The notes below the pieces were generated by a model. That model saw only the letters and a program-made list of their open reading frames with translations, ran no database searches and was not told the origin of the DNA. Source: an uncultured Gammaproteobacteria bacterium (GTDB lineage: Bacteria > Cyanobacteriota > Vampirovibrionia > LMEP-6097). From it: a stretch of 64,000 bases of DNA. The DNA is taken from contig CAZFCF010000001.1 in NCBI GenBank assembly GCA_964517685.1, positions 345,458-409,457 of the forward strand, in the 5' to 3' direction. The position numbers and the translations under genes were made by a program. The number at the start of each line of letters is the position of its first letter. Within the stretch, counting starts at the first letter, position 1. Below are positions 18,603-27,283 of this stretch, piece after piece.

Positions 18603-20366
18603 CTATTCATCCAGCCACATTTGAATTTTCTTAGCCAGTAGATCTGGTTTAGAACTTGCGACCGATTGAAAATCATTTAGAAGGTTATCAAATTGCATTT
18701 GCTCTTTAGCTTCAGGGCTATCATTTTGTACATATGAAGTCGCCTCTGGTTTCTCATATGGATTAGCAAAATCACTCTTAGACGGGTTTTGATTCATCAT
18801 TTCGCGAAGTAAAGCTTCTTGCTGTTCAAGTGCCTTACCCTCTCCAAAATCCTCAAAATCATTACTAATATAATTTTCGTTGAGAACTTCGTCAAATTCA
18901 TTAGAAAGATTTGGATCGATCTCAGGATTATAATTTTTGTTTGCAGCAGCACTTAAGAAATTCAGTGAGATTATTGCCACCAGAAGTAAGCCAACAATAA
19001 TTCCTACTATTGTAAGCACCTTCATGATTACACTCCATACTCCACCTTTAAAGAAGCTTGAAACGTTTTGCCATATAGTAGCTTTCGCAGCAGCAGAAGC
19101 TGGAGAATCTTTTGAATGTAAATCTACTACAGTGATCTTGACATTTTCTGCAGTGATCTCTGGACCAACTACAGCAGCCACACTGTCTCTTAATTGTTGT
19201 AATGAAATCATCGCTGGAACTGCTTTATCTACAGCCAGAGCAACTGTTACGTCACGAATGCCACCAGGTAAGAAAGTAATATTTTTTTGTTCATAACTAG
19301 GGAGCATCGTCTCATTGATATTAGTTGCATTATAATTTTTTCCGCTATTAGAATTAGCGCTGCCATCTCCACCGCCACCTGCAGCATTAGCTTGAAGTTG
19401 TTCTGTGTTAGCTTGGCGTGAACCAACTGCACCTTCTGAGTATAGAGTTTGTTGTTGTTGTACTTTTTCTCTAGCAAGTGAAACACTGACACTGACTTCG
19501 TATTCAGGAGAACCAAGAATCACATCAAGATACTTAGTAACTCTCTTTTCAATAATTTTATTTAGTCTTTCAACTTCATCGATGTAATCATCAGTACCGC
19601 CTTCTTCTTCGGCTTTGAAGCTGCTGTAATTTCTACCTTGAGTATCAACTATAGAAATTCTCTCTTTCTTTAAATTAGGAATATATCCTCTTAGAATATT
19701 TACAATACTTTTTACTTGTGATTTAGTGATCTCATCACCATCATTCTGAAGTTCGATTTGCACAGTTGCAGTAGTATCTGCTTCTTCATCAGTAAAGATT
19801 TTTTGCTCTGGAACATTTACTCTAACTATTGCTGAACGTAAACCTTCTAATCTACTTATAATTCTAGAAAGGTCACCATTGATAGCTCTAGTGAGTTTGA
19901 TACGTTTGTCATAATCACTTGCAGCCCAATCACTGACATCGAAAAGACCATAGTCGTCATTTTCTAAAAGATTGGTTCTTGAGAGTGATAGGTAAGAACT
20001 TTCAATTGCATTTTCGTAAACCTGGACAACATACTCTCCTGGTTTTTCACTTGGTATAACTTTAGCTTCAATGTTTACTGATTTTAACTTGGCAACAATT
20101 TCAAAAGCTCTAGCTTGATCTATTTCTTGTACTAGAGGTACTAATTTACCTTTGTTTTCGGCATTATTGTTTTCTTTTTTTCCAGCAAAGAAAAAAATTG
20201 AAATTGCAATTATGACAACAACAGAAACACCGATAATTGCATAAAGTCTTTTTTGAGGGTCATTTAAAATTCCTTGAAAGAAATTAGCTGCGCCGCCTCC
20301 TGCATTGTTGGTTCCTTCACCAAAATCAATGTCATTATTATTTTCTGTAGTAACTTCTCCTGCCAT
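18603..20366 (-). CDS. fliF: Flagellar M-ring protein FliF.
   Basis: 587 aa. N-terminal TM helix. The YscJ/FliF ring-building region (RLEGLRSAIVRVNVPEQKIF...ATVQIEL...ISIVDTQGR) aligns with E. coli FliF. C-terminal TM helix. Confidence 0.75.
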   Translation of the reverse strand: MAGEVTTENNNDIDFGEGTNNAGGGAANFFQGILNDPQKRLYAIIGVSVVVIIAISIFFFAGKKENNNAENKGKLVPLVQEIDQARAFEIVAKLKSVNIEAKVIPSEKPGEYVVQVYENAIESSYLSLSRTNLLENDDYGLFDVSDWAASDYDKRIKLTRAINGDLSRIISRLEGLRSAIVRVNVPEQKIFTDEEADTTATVQIELQNDGDEITKSQVKSIVNILRGYIPNLKKERISIVDTQGRNYSSFKAEEEGGTDDYIDEVERLNKIIEKRVTKYLDVILGSPEYEVSVSVSLAREKVQQQQTLYSEGAVGSRQANTEQLQANAAGGGGDGSANSNSGKNYNATNINETMLPSYEQKNITFLPGGIRDVTVALAVDKAVPAMISLQQLRDSVAAVVGPEITAENVKITVVDLHSKDSPASAAAKATIWQNVSSFFKGGVWSVIMKVLTIVGIIVGLLLVAIISLNFLSAAANKNYNPEIDPNLSNEFDEVLNENYISNDFEDFGEGKALEQQEALLREMMNQNPSKSDFANPYEKPEATSYVQNDSPEAKEQMQFDNLLNDFQSVASSKPDLLAKKIQMWLDE

Positions 20367-20463
20367 CCAAGTATTTCTTAATCAAATTCTTTATTCCACT
20401 TTTGTTTACTTAGCCATTTATCCCCGTCGCTTATCGGCTAGGTTTTTTAGGTAAATGCGCAAA

Positions 20464-20811
20464 TTAAACTTGCATACTAGTTAATTTATCAAAGGCACCA
20501 ACTACTTTTTGGCTTACCGCTGTTATTAACTTAAATGCTACATCAGCCTTACCTAAAGCAATCATCACTTCGTGAATATCAACCTTACCTGTATGAACAG
20601 CTTGAATACTGAGGTCTTCAGGCTTGCCCATCACGCTGTTTGCTTGATTGACTAATTGTCCTAAAGTCCCACCGAAGCTGGTTCCTGCGACTCCCGAGCC
20701 AGAACTAATATAACCGCTTAAAGCCGGATGATTAGGGACTCCTGGGACTCCCGGTAATTTGCCATAGCCTGCAAGCATGGGCATAGATTGAAATTGTTGT
20801 GTATTTGCCAT
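20464..20811 (-). CDS. fliE: Flagellar hook-basal body protein FliE.
   Basis: C-terminus VSQKVVGAFDKLTSMQV matches FliE (VRNKLVAAYQEVMSMQV in E. coli). Size is typical for FliE. Confidence 0.75.
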   Translation of the reverse strand: MANTQQFQSMPMLAGYGKLPGVPGVPNHPALSGYISSGSGVAGTSFGGTLGQLVNQANSVMGKPEDLSIQAVHTGKVDIHEVMIALGKADVAFKLITAVSQKVVGAFDKLTSMQV

Positions 20812-21085
20812 TAATTCTCCAATGAAACTTGGATTAATAGAACTAAATCAGACTTAAGAGCAGGTTAAGAACTTTGAGGAATCTTTATTCGAACGTAGGC
20901 GAAAGCATAGAGCTTGCTCTTATGCTGAGCTGAGAGAGAACATAGTTTTGTGAAACAAAACTTTATCTTTAAACAAGATTCAAGCAAAAATGGCTAAAAA
21001 ATTACCTGTTATAATCTGAGAGTCTTTTAATTAGGGTCTTGGGCCATAGTTAAGGCACGGTGTATTTTATAAGGAGTTATATTCA

Positions 21086-21322
21086 ATGGCTGAAATGGAA
21101 ACTGTAGGTTTAGCAATAGGTGCTGGTATCGCTGCTCTCGGAGTAACAGGTCCTGCAATAGCAGTAGGTAATGTAGCGGCAAAAATGCTTGAAGGGTCTG
21201 CAAGACAACCTGAGCATACTGGTGCGCTTTTTACTAACGCAATTATATTTGCGGGTATGTCTGAAGCATTAGGGATTCTTGCATGGCTAGTTTCTTTCCT
21301 AATTTTTGGGAAAATCGCTTAG
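21086..21322 (+). CDS. atpE: F0F1 ATP synthase subunit c.
   Basis: 78 aa, two TM helices, GLAIGAGIAALG... with a conserved acidic residue in helix 2. Confidence 0.85.
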   Translation: MAEMETVGLAIGAGIAALGVTGPAIAVGNVAAKMLEGSARQPEHTGALFTNAIIFAGMSEALGILAWLVSFLIFGKIA

Positions 21323-21342
21323 TTTATACTAAATAATCAACA

Positions 21343-21792
21343 ATGGCACTAAATTTTACTTTTGTAATTTTTACTATGAGCTTCATTATCTTTCTTGGGA
21401 TAATGAAGCTTGTTTTTTTTGATAAACTCAAAAAAGTCATTACGCACAGAGAGAAATTTATAGAAGCTAACTTAGAAGCGGCTCGTAAAGCTGCAAAGCA
21501 AGCTAATGCTGAGCTTAAAGATTCTAATTCTTCTGACATTTTAAGCAAAGCTAGAATTCAATCCCAAGAAATTATTTCTCAAGCAATTGAAATTGCTAAT
21601 TCTAAAAAACAATCTTTATTAGATGCATCGCACGAAGAAATTCAAAACAAAATTTCTAGCGAACTAAAAGATATTAACTCTGAAAAAGACGAACTAATGG
21701 CTTCATTAGGTAATCAAGTTCAAGAGATCGTAAAATTCACTCTTGATAAGTTCTACACAGAGCTTGGTGATAAAGAAACAGTAGCTGCATAA
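21343..21792 (+). CDS. F0F1 ATP synthase subunit b'.
   Basis: Single N-terminal TM helix followed by a long charged coiled coil. First of two consecutive b-type genes. Confidence 0.6.
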   Translation: MALNFTFVIFTMSFIIFLGIMKLVFFDKLKKVITHREKFIEANLEAARKAAKQANAELKDSNSSDILSKARIQSQEIISQAIEIANSKKQSLLDASHEEIQNKISSELKDINSEKDELMASLGNQVQEIVKFTLDKFYTELGDKETVAA

Positions 21793-21806
21793 AACAATAA
21801 AACGAA

Positions 21807-22301
21807 ATGGAAAACAATCAATTAATTCAACAAGTACTTGAAAGCAATCTAATCAATTTCACTATTGCTTTAATTATACTTGTAGTTTTCCTAGTTAAAT
21901 TCGTACCTAAATCAACTCAAGAGCGTAAGACAGAACTTGAACGTGAGATAGCGGCTGCAAAACAAGCCAAATTAGAAGCTGAGGAAAAGCTCAAAGAACT
22001 TGAACGTGAAATAGAAAGAGCTAAACAAGAATCAATTAAAATTGTTGAGAACGCGAAGATCAGTGGCGAAAAAATCAAAGAAGAAACTTTGGTTCAAGCT
22101 AAAAATGAAATAGAGAAATTAAACAAACAAGCTATTCATGAAATTGAACTACAAAAAACTTCAGCAATAGAAAATCTTAGAAAAGAAGTTGCACAGAAAG
22201 TTTATGAGCTTACTGAAAAAGCAATCTCTGAAAGAAGTTCAGATTTAAACAAATCTATTAACAGTAAAGTTATTAGAGACCTAGAAGGAGCAAAAAACTA
22301 A
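21807..22301 (+). CDS. atpF: F0F1 ATP synthase subunit b.
   Basis: N-terminal TM helix followed by an E/K/A-rich coiled coil. Second b-type gene. Confidence 0.65.
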   Translation: MENNQLIQQVLESNLINFTIALIILVVFLVKFVPKSTQERKTELEREIAAAKQAKLEAEEKLKELEREIERAKQESIKIVENAKISGEKIKEETLVQAKNEIEKLNKQAIHEIELQKTSAIENLRKEVAQKVYELTEKAISERSSDLNKSINSKVIRDLEGAKN

Positions 22302-22834
22302 TGATCAGCTCTAAAGATCTATTAATCATCAAAAAATACGCTGAAGCTCTCGCTAAAGTGAAACTTTCAGAAGGCATTATCACTCAATTAGAATTGCTCA
22401 AAAATCTTATTGAAGAGAATTCTGAATTCAGTTCCTTCCTGGCTAATCCAAGCATCAAAAAAGAAGTCAAGGCAGATCTTATTAGAAAAACTTTCTCTGC
22501 TACTTTCGATTCAGAACTAATTAACACTCTATTAGTGCTTTTAGAGAAGCGCAGAGTTAATCTTTTTAGTTCACTTGCTGATGCTTATAGAGAAATCTAC
22601 AATAAAGCTAATAATGTTTCTACTGCAGAAATAAGCGCTCCTCAAGAAATCAAAGATTCAGAACTGAATGCTATTAAAGATAGGCTTGAAAAGCTTTTCA
22701 ACAAAAATATCAACATCACGCAAACAATTGATAGTTCAATTAGCGCTGGTATGAAAATCAAAGTAGAGAATAAAGTTATTGATTCCACTTTAGAGAAGAA
22801 AATGCGTGATCTTAAAGAGCTTTTGAATATATAA
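22301..22834 (+). CDS. atpH: F0F1 ATP synthase subunit delta (OSCP).
   Basis: 177 aa. C-terminal ISAGMKIKVENKVIDSTLEKKMRDL matches the delta-subunit block (IGG.I..GD.VIDGS). Confidence 0.7.
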   Translation: MISSKDLLIIKKYAEALAKVKLSEGIITQLELLKNLIEENSEFSSFLANPSIKKEVKADLIRKTFSATFDSELINTLLVLLEKRRVNLFSSLADAYREIYNKANNVSTAEISAPQEIKDSELNAIKDRLEKLFNKNINITQTIDSSISAGMKIKVENKVIDSTLEKKMRDLKELLNI

Positions 22835-22836
22835 CC

Positions 22837-23271
22837 ATGAGTACTGAAGGAAAAATTGCCATTGCTTCAGATCATGCAGCTTTTAAGCTCAAAGAATTTC
22901 TAAAAAAATATCTTCAAGAGAAAGGTTCGACAGTAGTCGATTTAGGTTGTGACTCTGAGGAATCAACCGACTATCCTATATATGCTCACAAATTAGCTCA
23001 GTACGTACAGACTGAGAATGCTCAAGGTATCTTATTATGCGGCAGCGGTATTGGCATGAGCATAGTTGCCAACCGCTATAAGGGTGTTAGAGCAGCACTT
23101 TGTACTAATACAGAATTTGCTAAATTATCTCGAGAACATAATAATGCCAATGTCTTAGTCTTAGCGGCACGCTTCACTGATGAAAGTACTGCCAAAGAAA
23201 TTCTTGAAACCTGGCTGGATACTGAGTTTGAAGGTGGTAGACACCAAAAACGTGTTGAACAAATAGATTAA
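22837..23271 (+). CDS. rpiB: Ribose-5-phosphate isomerase B / LacAB family sugar-phosphate isomerase.
   Basis: IAIASDHAAFKLK...GILLCGSGIGMSIVANRYKGVRAAL is typical of RpiB. Confidence 0.75.
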   Translation: MSTEGKIAIASDHAAFKLKEFLKKYLQEKGSTVVDLGCDSEESTDYPIYAHKLAQYVQTENAQGILLCGSGIGMSIVANRYKGVRAALCTNTEFAKLSREHNNANVLVLAARFTDESTAKEILETWLDTEFEGGRHQKRVEQID

Positions 23272-23294
23272 GGGACTAAAATGTTAAGATCTAA

Positions 23295-23783
23295 GTGACA
23301 AGTCCATCAGAAATGAGAAATATACTATCAGTACTTGTTGAAAATGAAGCCGGAGTTCTTGCCAGAATCTCTGGTATGTTTAGCCGCCGTGGTTACAATA
23401 TTGAAAGTATTACGGTAGGTGAATCTGAAGTTCCAGGCTTAAGCCGTATGGTAATTGTTACTAATATTGAAGACGTTGAGCAGATTCAAAAACAATTACA
23501 TAAGCTCATTAACACTATTAAAGTTACTAACCTTTCTGATTTAAGCTATGTCGATAGAGAATTAGCTTTAATTAAAGTCTCTACCAAAATTAATCGCGGT
23601 GAGATTATTGAAATCGCTAGTCTTTTTAGAGCCCGCATTATTGATGTGGCTGATGACGCTCTAATTATAGAAGCCATTGGTGACAATGAAAAAATCAATG
23701 CACTCATTCAAATTTTAAAACCCTTCGGAATCAAAGAAGTTTCTAGAACTGGGACTATCGCGATGATTCGCGGCAAGAAGTAA
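23295..23783 (+). CDS. ilvH: Acetolactate synthase small (regulatory) subunit.
   Basis: N-terminal ACT domain LSVLVENEAGVLARISGMFSRRGYNIESITVG is typical of IlvH/IlvN. Confidence 0.7.
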   Translation: MTSPSEMRNILSVLVENEAGVLARISGMFSRRGYNIESITVGESEVPGLSRMVIVTNIEDVEQIQKQLHKLINTIKVTNLSDLSYVDRELALIKVSTKINRGEIIEIASLFRARIIDVADDALIIEAIGDNEKINALIQILKPFGIKEVSRTGTIAMIRGKK

Positions 23784-23790
23784 TTTAAAA

Positions 23791-23920
23791 CGCCGTCATT
23801 GCGTCAACTTAGGCTCAAATGCCGTCATCGCGAAGCCTCGAAGAGGCTGTGGCGATCCAGTCTACCAACTATTCCAATTGACTGGATCCCCAGCTTGCTA
23901 CGCAAGCCGAGGATGACGCC
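23791..23920. repeat. RPE-like GC-rich palindromic element, intergenic.
   Basis: cgccgtcattgcg...caaatgccgtcatcgcgaagcctcgaagaggctgtggcgatccagtctacca...gactggatcccc...cgcaagccgaggatgacgc. Confidence 0.8.
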
Positions 23921-23990
23921 TACTTAACCAAATTATAACAATCATATGTATTCATACACTCCATAGAGGGGAAAGAGGAGTACTCAGAAT

Positions 23991-24608
23991 ATGGCAGACA
24001 GTAAAATTAATCCAGTATTGGAGCAAGTTGCATCAAGCAACAAGAAAGAACATGGCCTCAGAGATGAGAAAAAACAGGTCGCGAAACTAGAATCGCGCAT
24101 AAACTCTCTTTTACAACAAAAAGATTCTTTAGATCCTTCAGTAATCATGAGCCTTAGAGGCGAAGCTGCAATGCTTGATAAAACTGCAGATTACGCTGAT
24201 AAATTAGCTACGCTATCTGAAAAAAATGATCCAGATTTTAAGAAGAAAAATCTAGAGGAAGTCAGGGAACTTTTAAGTACACAACTTGGTATTCCAGCAG
24301 AGTTCGTAGATCAATTAAGTATTCTCGTTAAAGCTGGTCCAGAGGCACTAAGAGAAGCTGCAAATGTTTATAGAACTGAAGCTGCTAAAAAACGTGAACA
24401 TGCAGATTTACTCGGTACTCAACTTGAAAAAGTTGATAAAGAGATTAAAGAGCTTAATCACATAAAAGAGCAGCTATCTGATCAAAACGGTTCAGCTAGT
24501 AGTTCAATCAAAAATTTTCTTGCTGATCTTCGTTACAAAGAAGCTATCAGAGATAAGTCGGAGCAAGTACTTAAGGAGATGTTACAGCAAATAGAAGCTG
24601 GGGTGTAA
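23991..24608 (+). CDS. Hypothetical coiled-coil protein, 205 aa.
   Basis: ORF track. Charged, helical. First of a three-gene set. Confidence 0.4.
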   Translation: MADSKINPVLEQVASSNKKEHGLRDEKKQVAKLESRINSLLQQKDSLDPSVIMSLRGEAAMLDKTADYADKLATLSEKNDPDFKKKNLEEVRELLSTQLGIPAEFVDQLSILVKAGPEALREAANVYRTEAAKKREHADLLGTQLEKVDKEIKELNHIKEQLSDQNGSASSSIKNFLADLRYKEAIRDKSEQVLKEMLQQIEAGV

Positions 24609-24610
24609 TT

Positions 24611-24886
24611 ATGGGTGTCAATCCATCACTAGAATTAGCATATTCAGAATTCAAAACAGAGCTTTATGAGTCGCAGATGACTTCGCTTGAGAATTCAATG
24701 GACCAACTCATGCAGAACAATGAGGATGGTTCAGCAACAGCTCAAGTAGCACAACTTCGTTCACAAATTAATACAGTGAGAGGTTCAATAGGTTTTTGGA
24801 GAGGTGAAGCAAGTTATTGGAGACAAGAAATTAACGAAGGTAAGCTAGCAACTAAAGAGGGTAACAAACTAGCATCGTCATCATAA
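24611..24886 (+). CDS. Small hypothetical coiled-coil protein, 91 aa, paralogous to the next ORF.
   Basis: Shares a C-terminal block with the 24903-25166 product: FWRGEASYWRQEINEGK versus AFWKQELNESKEARK. Confidence 0.4.
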   Translation: MGVNPSLELAYSEFKTELYESQMTSLENSMDQLMQNNEDGSATAQVAQLRSQINTVRGSIGFWRGEASYWRQEINEGKLATKEGNKLASSS

Positions 24887-24902
24887 GAGAGGACCAAATA
24901 CT

Positions 24903-25166
24903 ATGTCGTCAGTAAACACAACAGTAAAATTAGCCAGTGTAGTAAGTGATATAGATGCTCTACAGACAGCTGTCAGCGACGTTGAACGTCGTATGGATGC
25001 ATCTTTACTGGGAGCATCAACTGAGGATATTGGTGCATTAAGACTAGAATTAGAAAGATTAAAATCATCACTTGGTGAATCCAGAAACTCAGAAGCTTTT
25101 TGGAAACAGGAATTAAACGAAAGTAAAGAAGCAAGAAAAGCCCAAGGCGATATAGCAAGGGCATAG
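24903..25166 (+). CDS. Small hypothetical coiled-coil protein, 87 aa, paralogous to the previous ORF.
   Basis: See the previous entry. A 3-nt gap separates it from 24611-24886 and a 16-nt gap separates the two paralogs, suggesting an operon. Confidence 0.4.
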   Translation: MSSVNTTVKLASVVSDIDALQTAVSDVERRMDASLLGASTEDIGALRLELERLKSSLGESRNSEAFWKQELNESKEARKAQGDIARA

Positions 25167-25198
25167 AGAATTCTTATACATGATATATTGCTTTTAGT

Positions 25199-26047
25199 AT
25201 GCTTCCAAAAGCAATAATCACCGGTGGTACAGGTTATATAGGTTCTAACTTACTAGAGAATTTAACAGAATTTGATATTACTGTTTGTGATAGAACTCTC
25301 AAAAGAGAGAATTTATCCAAGCCTGAATTATACAAATATATTCAAATTGATTTATGCCAAGAGTTCAAATCAAAAGAATTTGAGCAAGCTATTCTTGATT
25401 CACAAATAATTATTCATAGTAGTTTTTTAGGAAATTTTGCCAATGAAAAAAATTTTATTGACTATGTGGCAAAAAGAAATCCACAAATTAAATTTGTTTA
25501 TTTATCCAGCGCTGCAGTTTATGGTGATCTTGAAGCAGAGTATAAAGAAAATTCTCACGCTAGTTTTTCAGAAGGGTCTATCTGTAAACCAATCAATGAC
25601 TACGGTAGAACCAAGCTAGTTTGCGAAGATTTAGTAAAAAATACTTTTGCTAATTATCTCATTATACGAATTGCTAATCCCTTTGGCAAAGAAGTTTCTA
25701 ATAAAGGTATGTATAAACTTTTTAAAACTAAACTGGAAGCAGGTGAGCGTAAATTAGATCTCAATGCAGATTTTCCCGGACAAATTATCAGAGATTTTAT
25801 TTATATAGATGAGCTTTGCAAACAAGTTAGCAACTTGATTACTAACCAACAGACAGGTGTATTTAACATTAGTTCAGGCTCTGGTAGAACACTGGAAGAT
25901 TTAATTCAAGAACTTGCGCAAAGTTTAAATATCAATTACCAAGATATAGAACTTAATTATGCTGATCATAAAGTAGATGAAATTAAAGTATCTATATTGG
26001 GGTCGTACTTCAACAAGCAACAAAAATCAAATAAGCTTCTAGAATAA
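25199..26047 (+). CDS. NAD-dependent epimerase/dehydratase (SDR family).
   Basis: Rossmann motif ITGGTGYIGSNL near the N-terminus. Confidence 0.65.
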   Translation: MLPKAIITGGTGYIGSNLLENLTEFDITVCDRTLKRENLSKPELYKYIQIDLCQEFKSKEFEQAILDSQIIIHSSFLGNFANEKNFIDYVAKRNPQIKFVYLSSAAVYGDLEAEYKENSHASFSEGSICKPINDYGRTKLVCEDLVKNTFANYLIIRIANPFGKEVSNKGMYKLFKTKLEAGERKLDLNADFPGQIIRDFIYIDELCKQVSNLITNQQTGVFNISSGSGRTLEDLIQELAQSLNINYQDIELNYADHKVDEIKVSILGSYFNKQQKSNKLLE

Positions 26048-26097
26048 AGTTAGAAGCGAAATTATATTAAATTTGTTGCTTGTTGAAGTACGACCCC
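25999..26097. repeat. Perfect 26-bp inverted repeat (ggggtcgtacttcaacaagcaacaaa and its complement) separated by 47 bp; a hairpin between convergent genes.
   Basis: Arm 1 at 25999-26024 lies inside the 3' end of the epimerase CDS. Arm 2 at 26072-26097 is immediately downstream of the convergent IMPDH-family gene. Confidence 0.7.
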
Positions 26098-26098
26098 G

Positions 26099-27202
26099 TT
26101 AGAAAGCCTTATGTGGCTTACCTTCCAGGTAACTACTGTAAGTAATTTTCACAAACTTAGCTTTCTCTTGAAGTTCTTTTATATTACGGGCGCCACTATA
26201 GCTAAGACCACTTTTCAGTCCTTTGGTCATACGCGGAAGTATATGTCTAACACTACCTTTATATCTAACAGTAAGTGCCACGCCTTCTTCATTGATGTTC
26301 TCAATTCCAAAATCACTTTGTGCCATAGCTGATGCCATGCCTCTATAACTTTTGGTCATCTCTTCATTTTCATTACGCCAAACTTTTCCTGGAGTTTCTT
26401 TACAACCAGAGAACACTGAACCCATCATTACTGCATCAGCGCCAGCAGCAAGTGCTTTAGTAATATCGCCATAGACTTTGATACCACCATCAGCAATGAT
26501 AAAAATTTCTTTGCCGGGATTTGCTTTTAAGAAATCATCCTTAGCTTGCTTTGCTGCAATTACAGCAGAAAGCTGCGGGTAACCAGCTCCTGTTTTAACT
26601 CTGGTAGTACAGACAGAACCCGGTCCTATTCCGACTTTGATACAATCTGTGCCCCACTCAAAAAGTGCTTTAGCAGCTTCATAAGTTGCAACATTACCAG
26701 CAATGATTCCAATTTTACTGCCGTAAGTAGTTCTAAGATATTGAATTTTTTTCTTCACTAAAGCATGATGACCATGAGCAACATCTATACAAAAATGTTT
26801 AATGCCTACTTTAAAAGCTGCTTCAACTCTCTCTTGATCATGCACTCCGATTGAAACCACTAAGGGCTTCTCAGCTTCATTTTCTTCTTTAAAAAGTTCT
26901 CTATATTTATTGATCTCTTCAAGCAATTCTTCAATTGACATATAACGATGTAAGAAACCAGTGGCACCGTGTTTAGCCATAGTGAAAGCCATTTGATGCT
27001 CAGTAACTGTATCCATATTTGCAGAGATATAAGGAATCTCTAAAGGGAAATCACTAAGAATTTTTGTAGTAACTTTAACTTCCTCTCTATGCTCAACATC
27101 TGAGTATTGGGGGATGAGAAGCACGTCATCAAAAGTTAGGCCCTCTTCAAATTTAAAATTAAGATTCATAGTATTTTGTAAATAAGCAAACCAAATTATC
27201 AT
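26099..27202 (-). CDS. IMP dehydrogenase / GMP reductase family oxidoreductase without a CBS insert.
   Basis: LTFDDVLLIPQYS at the N-terminus and the catalytic loop GIGPGSVCTTRVKTGAGYPQLSAV. Confidence 0.75.
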   Translation of the reverse strand: MIIWFAYLQNTMNLNFKFEEGLTFDDVLLIPQYSDVEHREEVKVTTKILSDFPLEIPYISANMDTVTEHQMAFTMAKHGATGFLHRYMSIEELLEEINKYRELFKEENEAEKPLVVSIGVHDQERVEAAFKVGIKHFCIDVAHGHHALVKKKIQYLRTTYGSKIGIIAGNVATYEAAKALFEWGTDCIKVGIGPGSVCTTRVKTGAGYPQLSAVIAAKQAKDDFLKANPGKEIFIIADGGIKVYGDITKALAAGADAVMMGSVFSGCKETPGKVWRNENEEMTKSYRGMASAMAQSDFGIENINEEGVALTVRYKGSVRHILPRMTKGLKSGLSYSGARNIKELQEKAKFVKITYSSYLEGKPHKAF

Positions 27203-27283
27203 AGCCCGCGGCTATCCTTATAGTTATAAATTTCTATAAGGTTTAATAGAGATCTTGCAAAACTGTTTTCACACCGTCTTTCT

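Noticed and set aside
18937-19587. ORFs of 119, 89 and 60 aa inside fliF on both strands.
   Set aside because: Embedded in the FliF coding region. No independent support.
20812-21085. Looked for atpB (a subunit) or atpI upstream of atpE.
   Set aside because: The 274-bp gap has no ORF of adequate length. It contains only a plausible promoter (ttacctgttataatct) for atpE.
23991-25166. Considered R-body (Reb) proteins or T3SS needle subunits for the small paralogous ORFs.
   Set aside because: Reb proteins are Ala/Val/Gln-rich and uncharged, unlike these highly charged proteins. Needle proteins lack the Trp-rich C-terminal block seen here. No defensible family assignment, so they are left as hypothetical.
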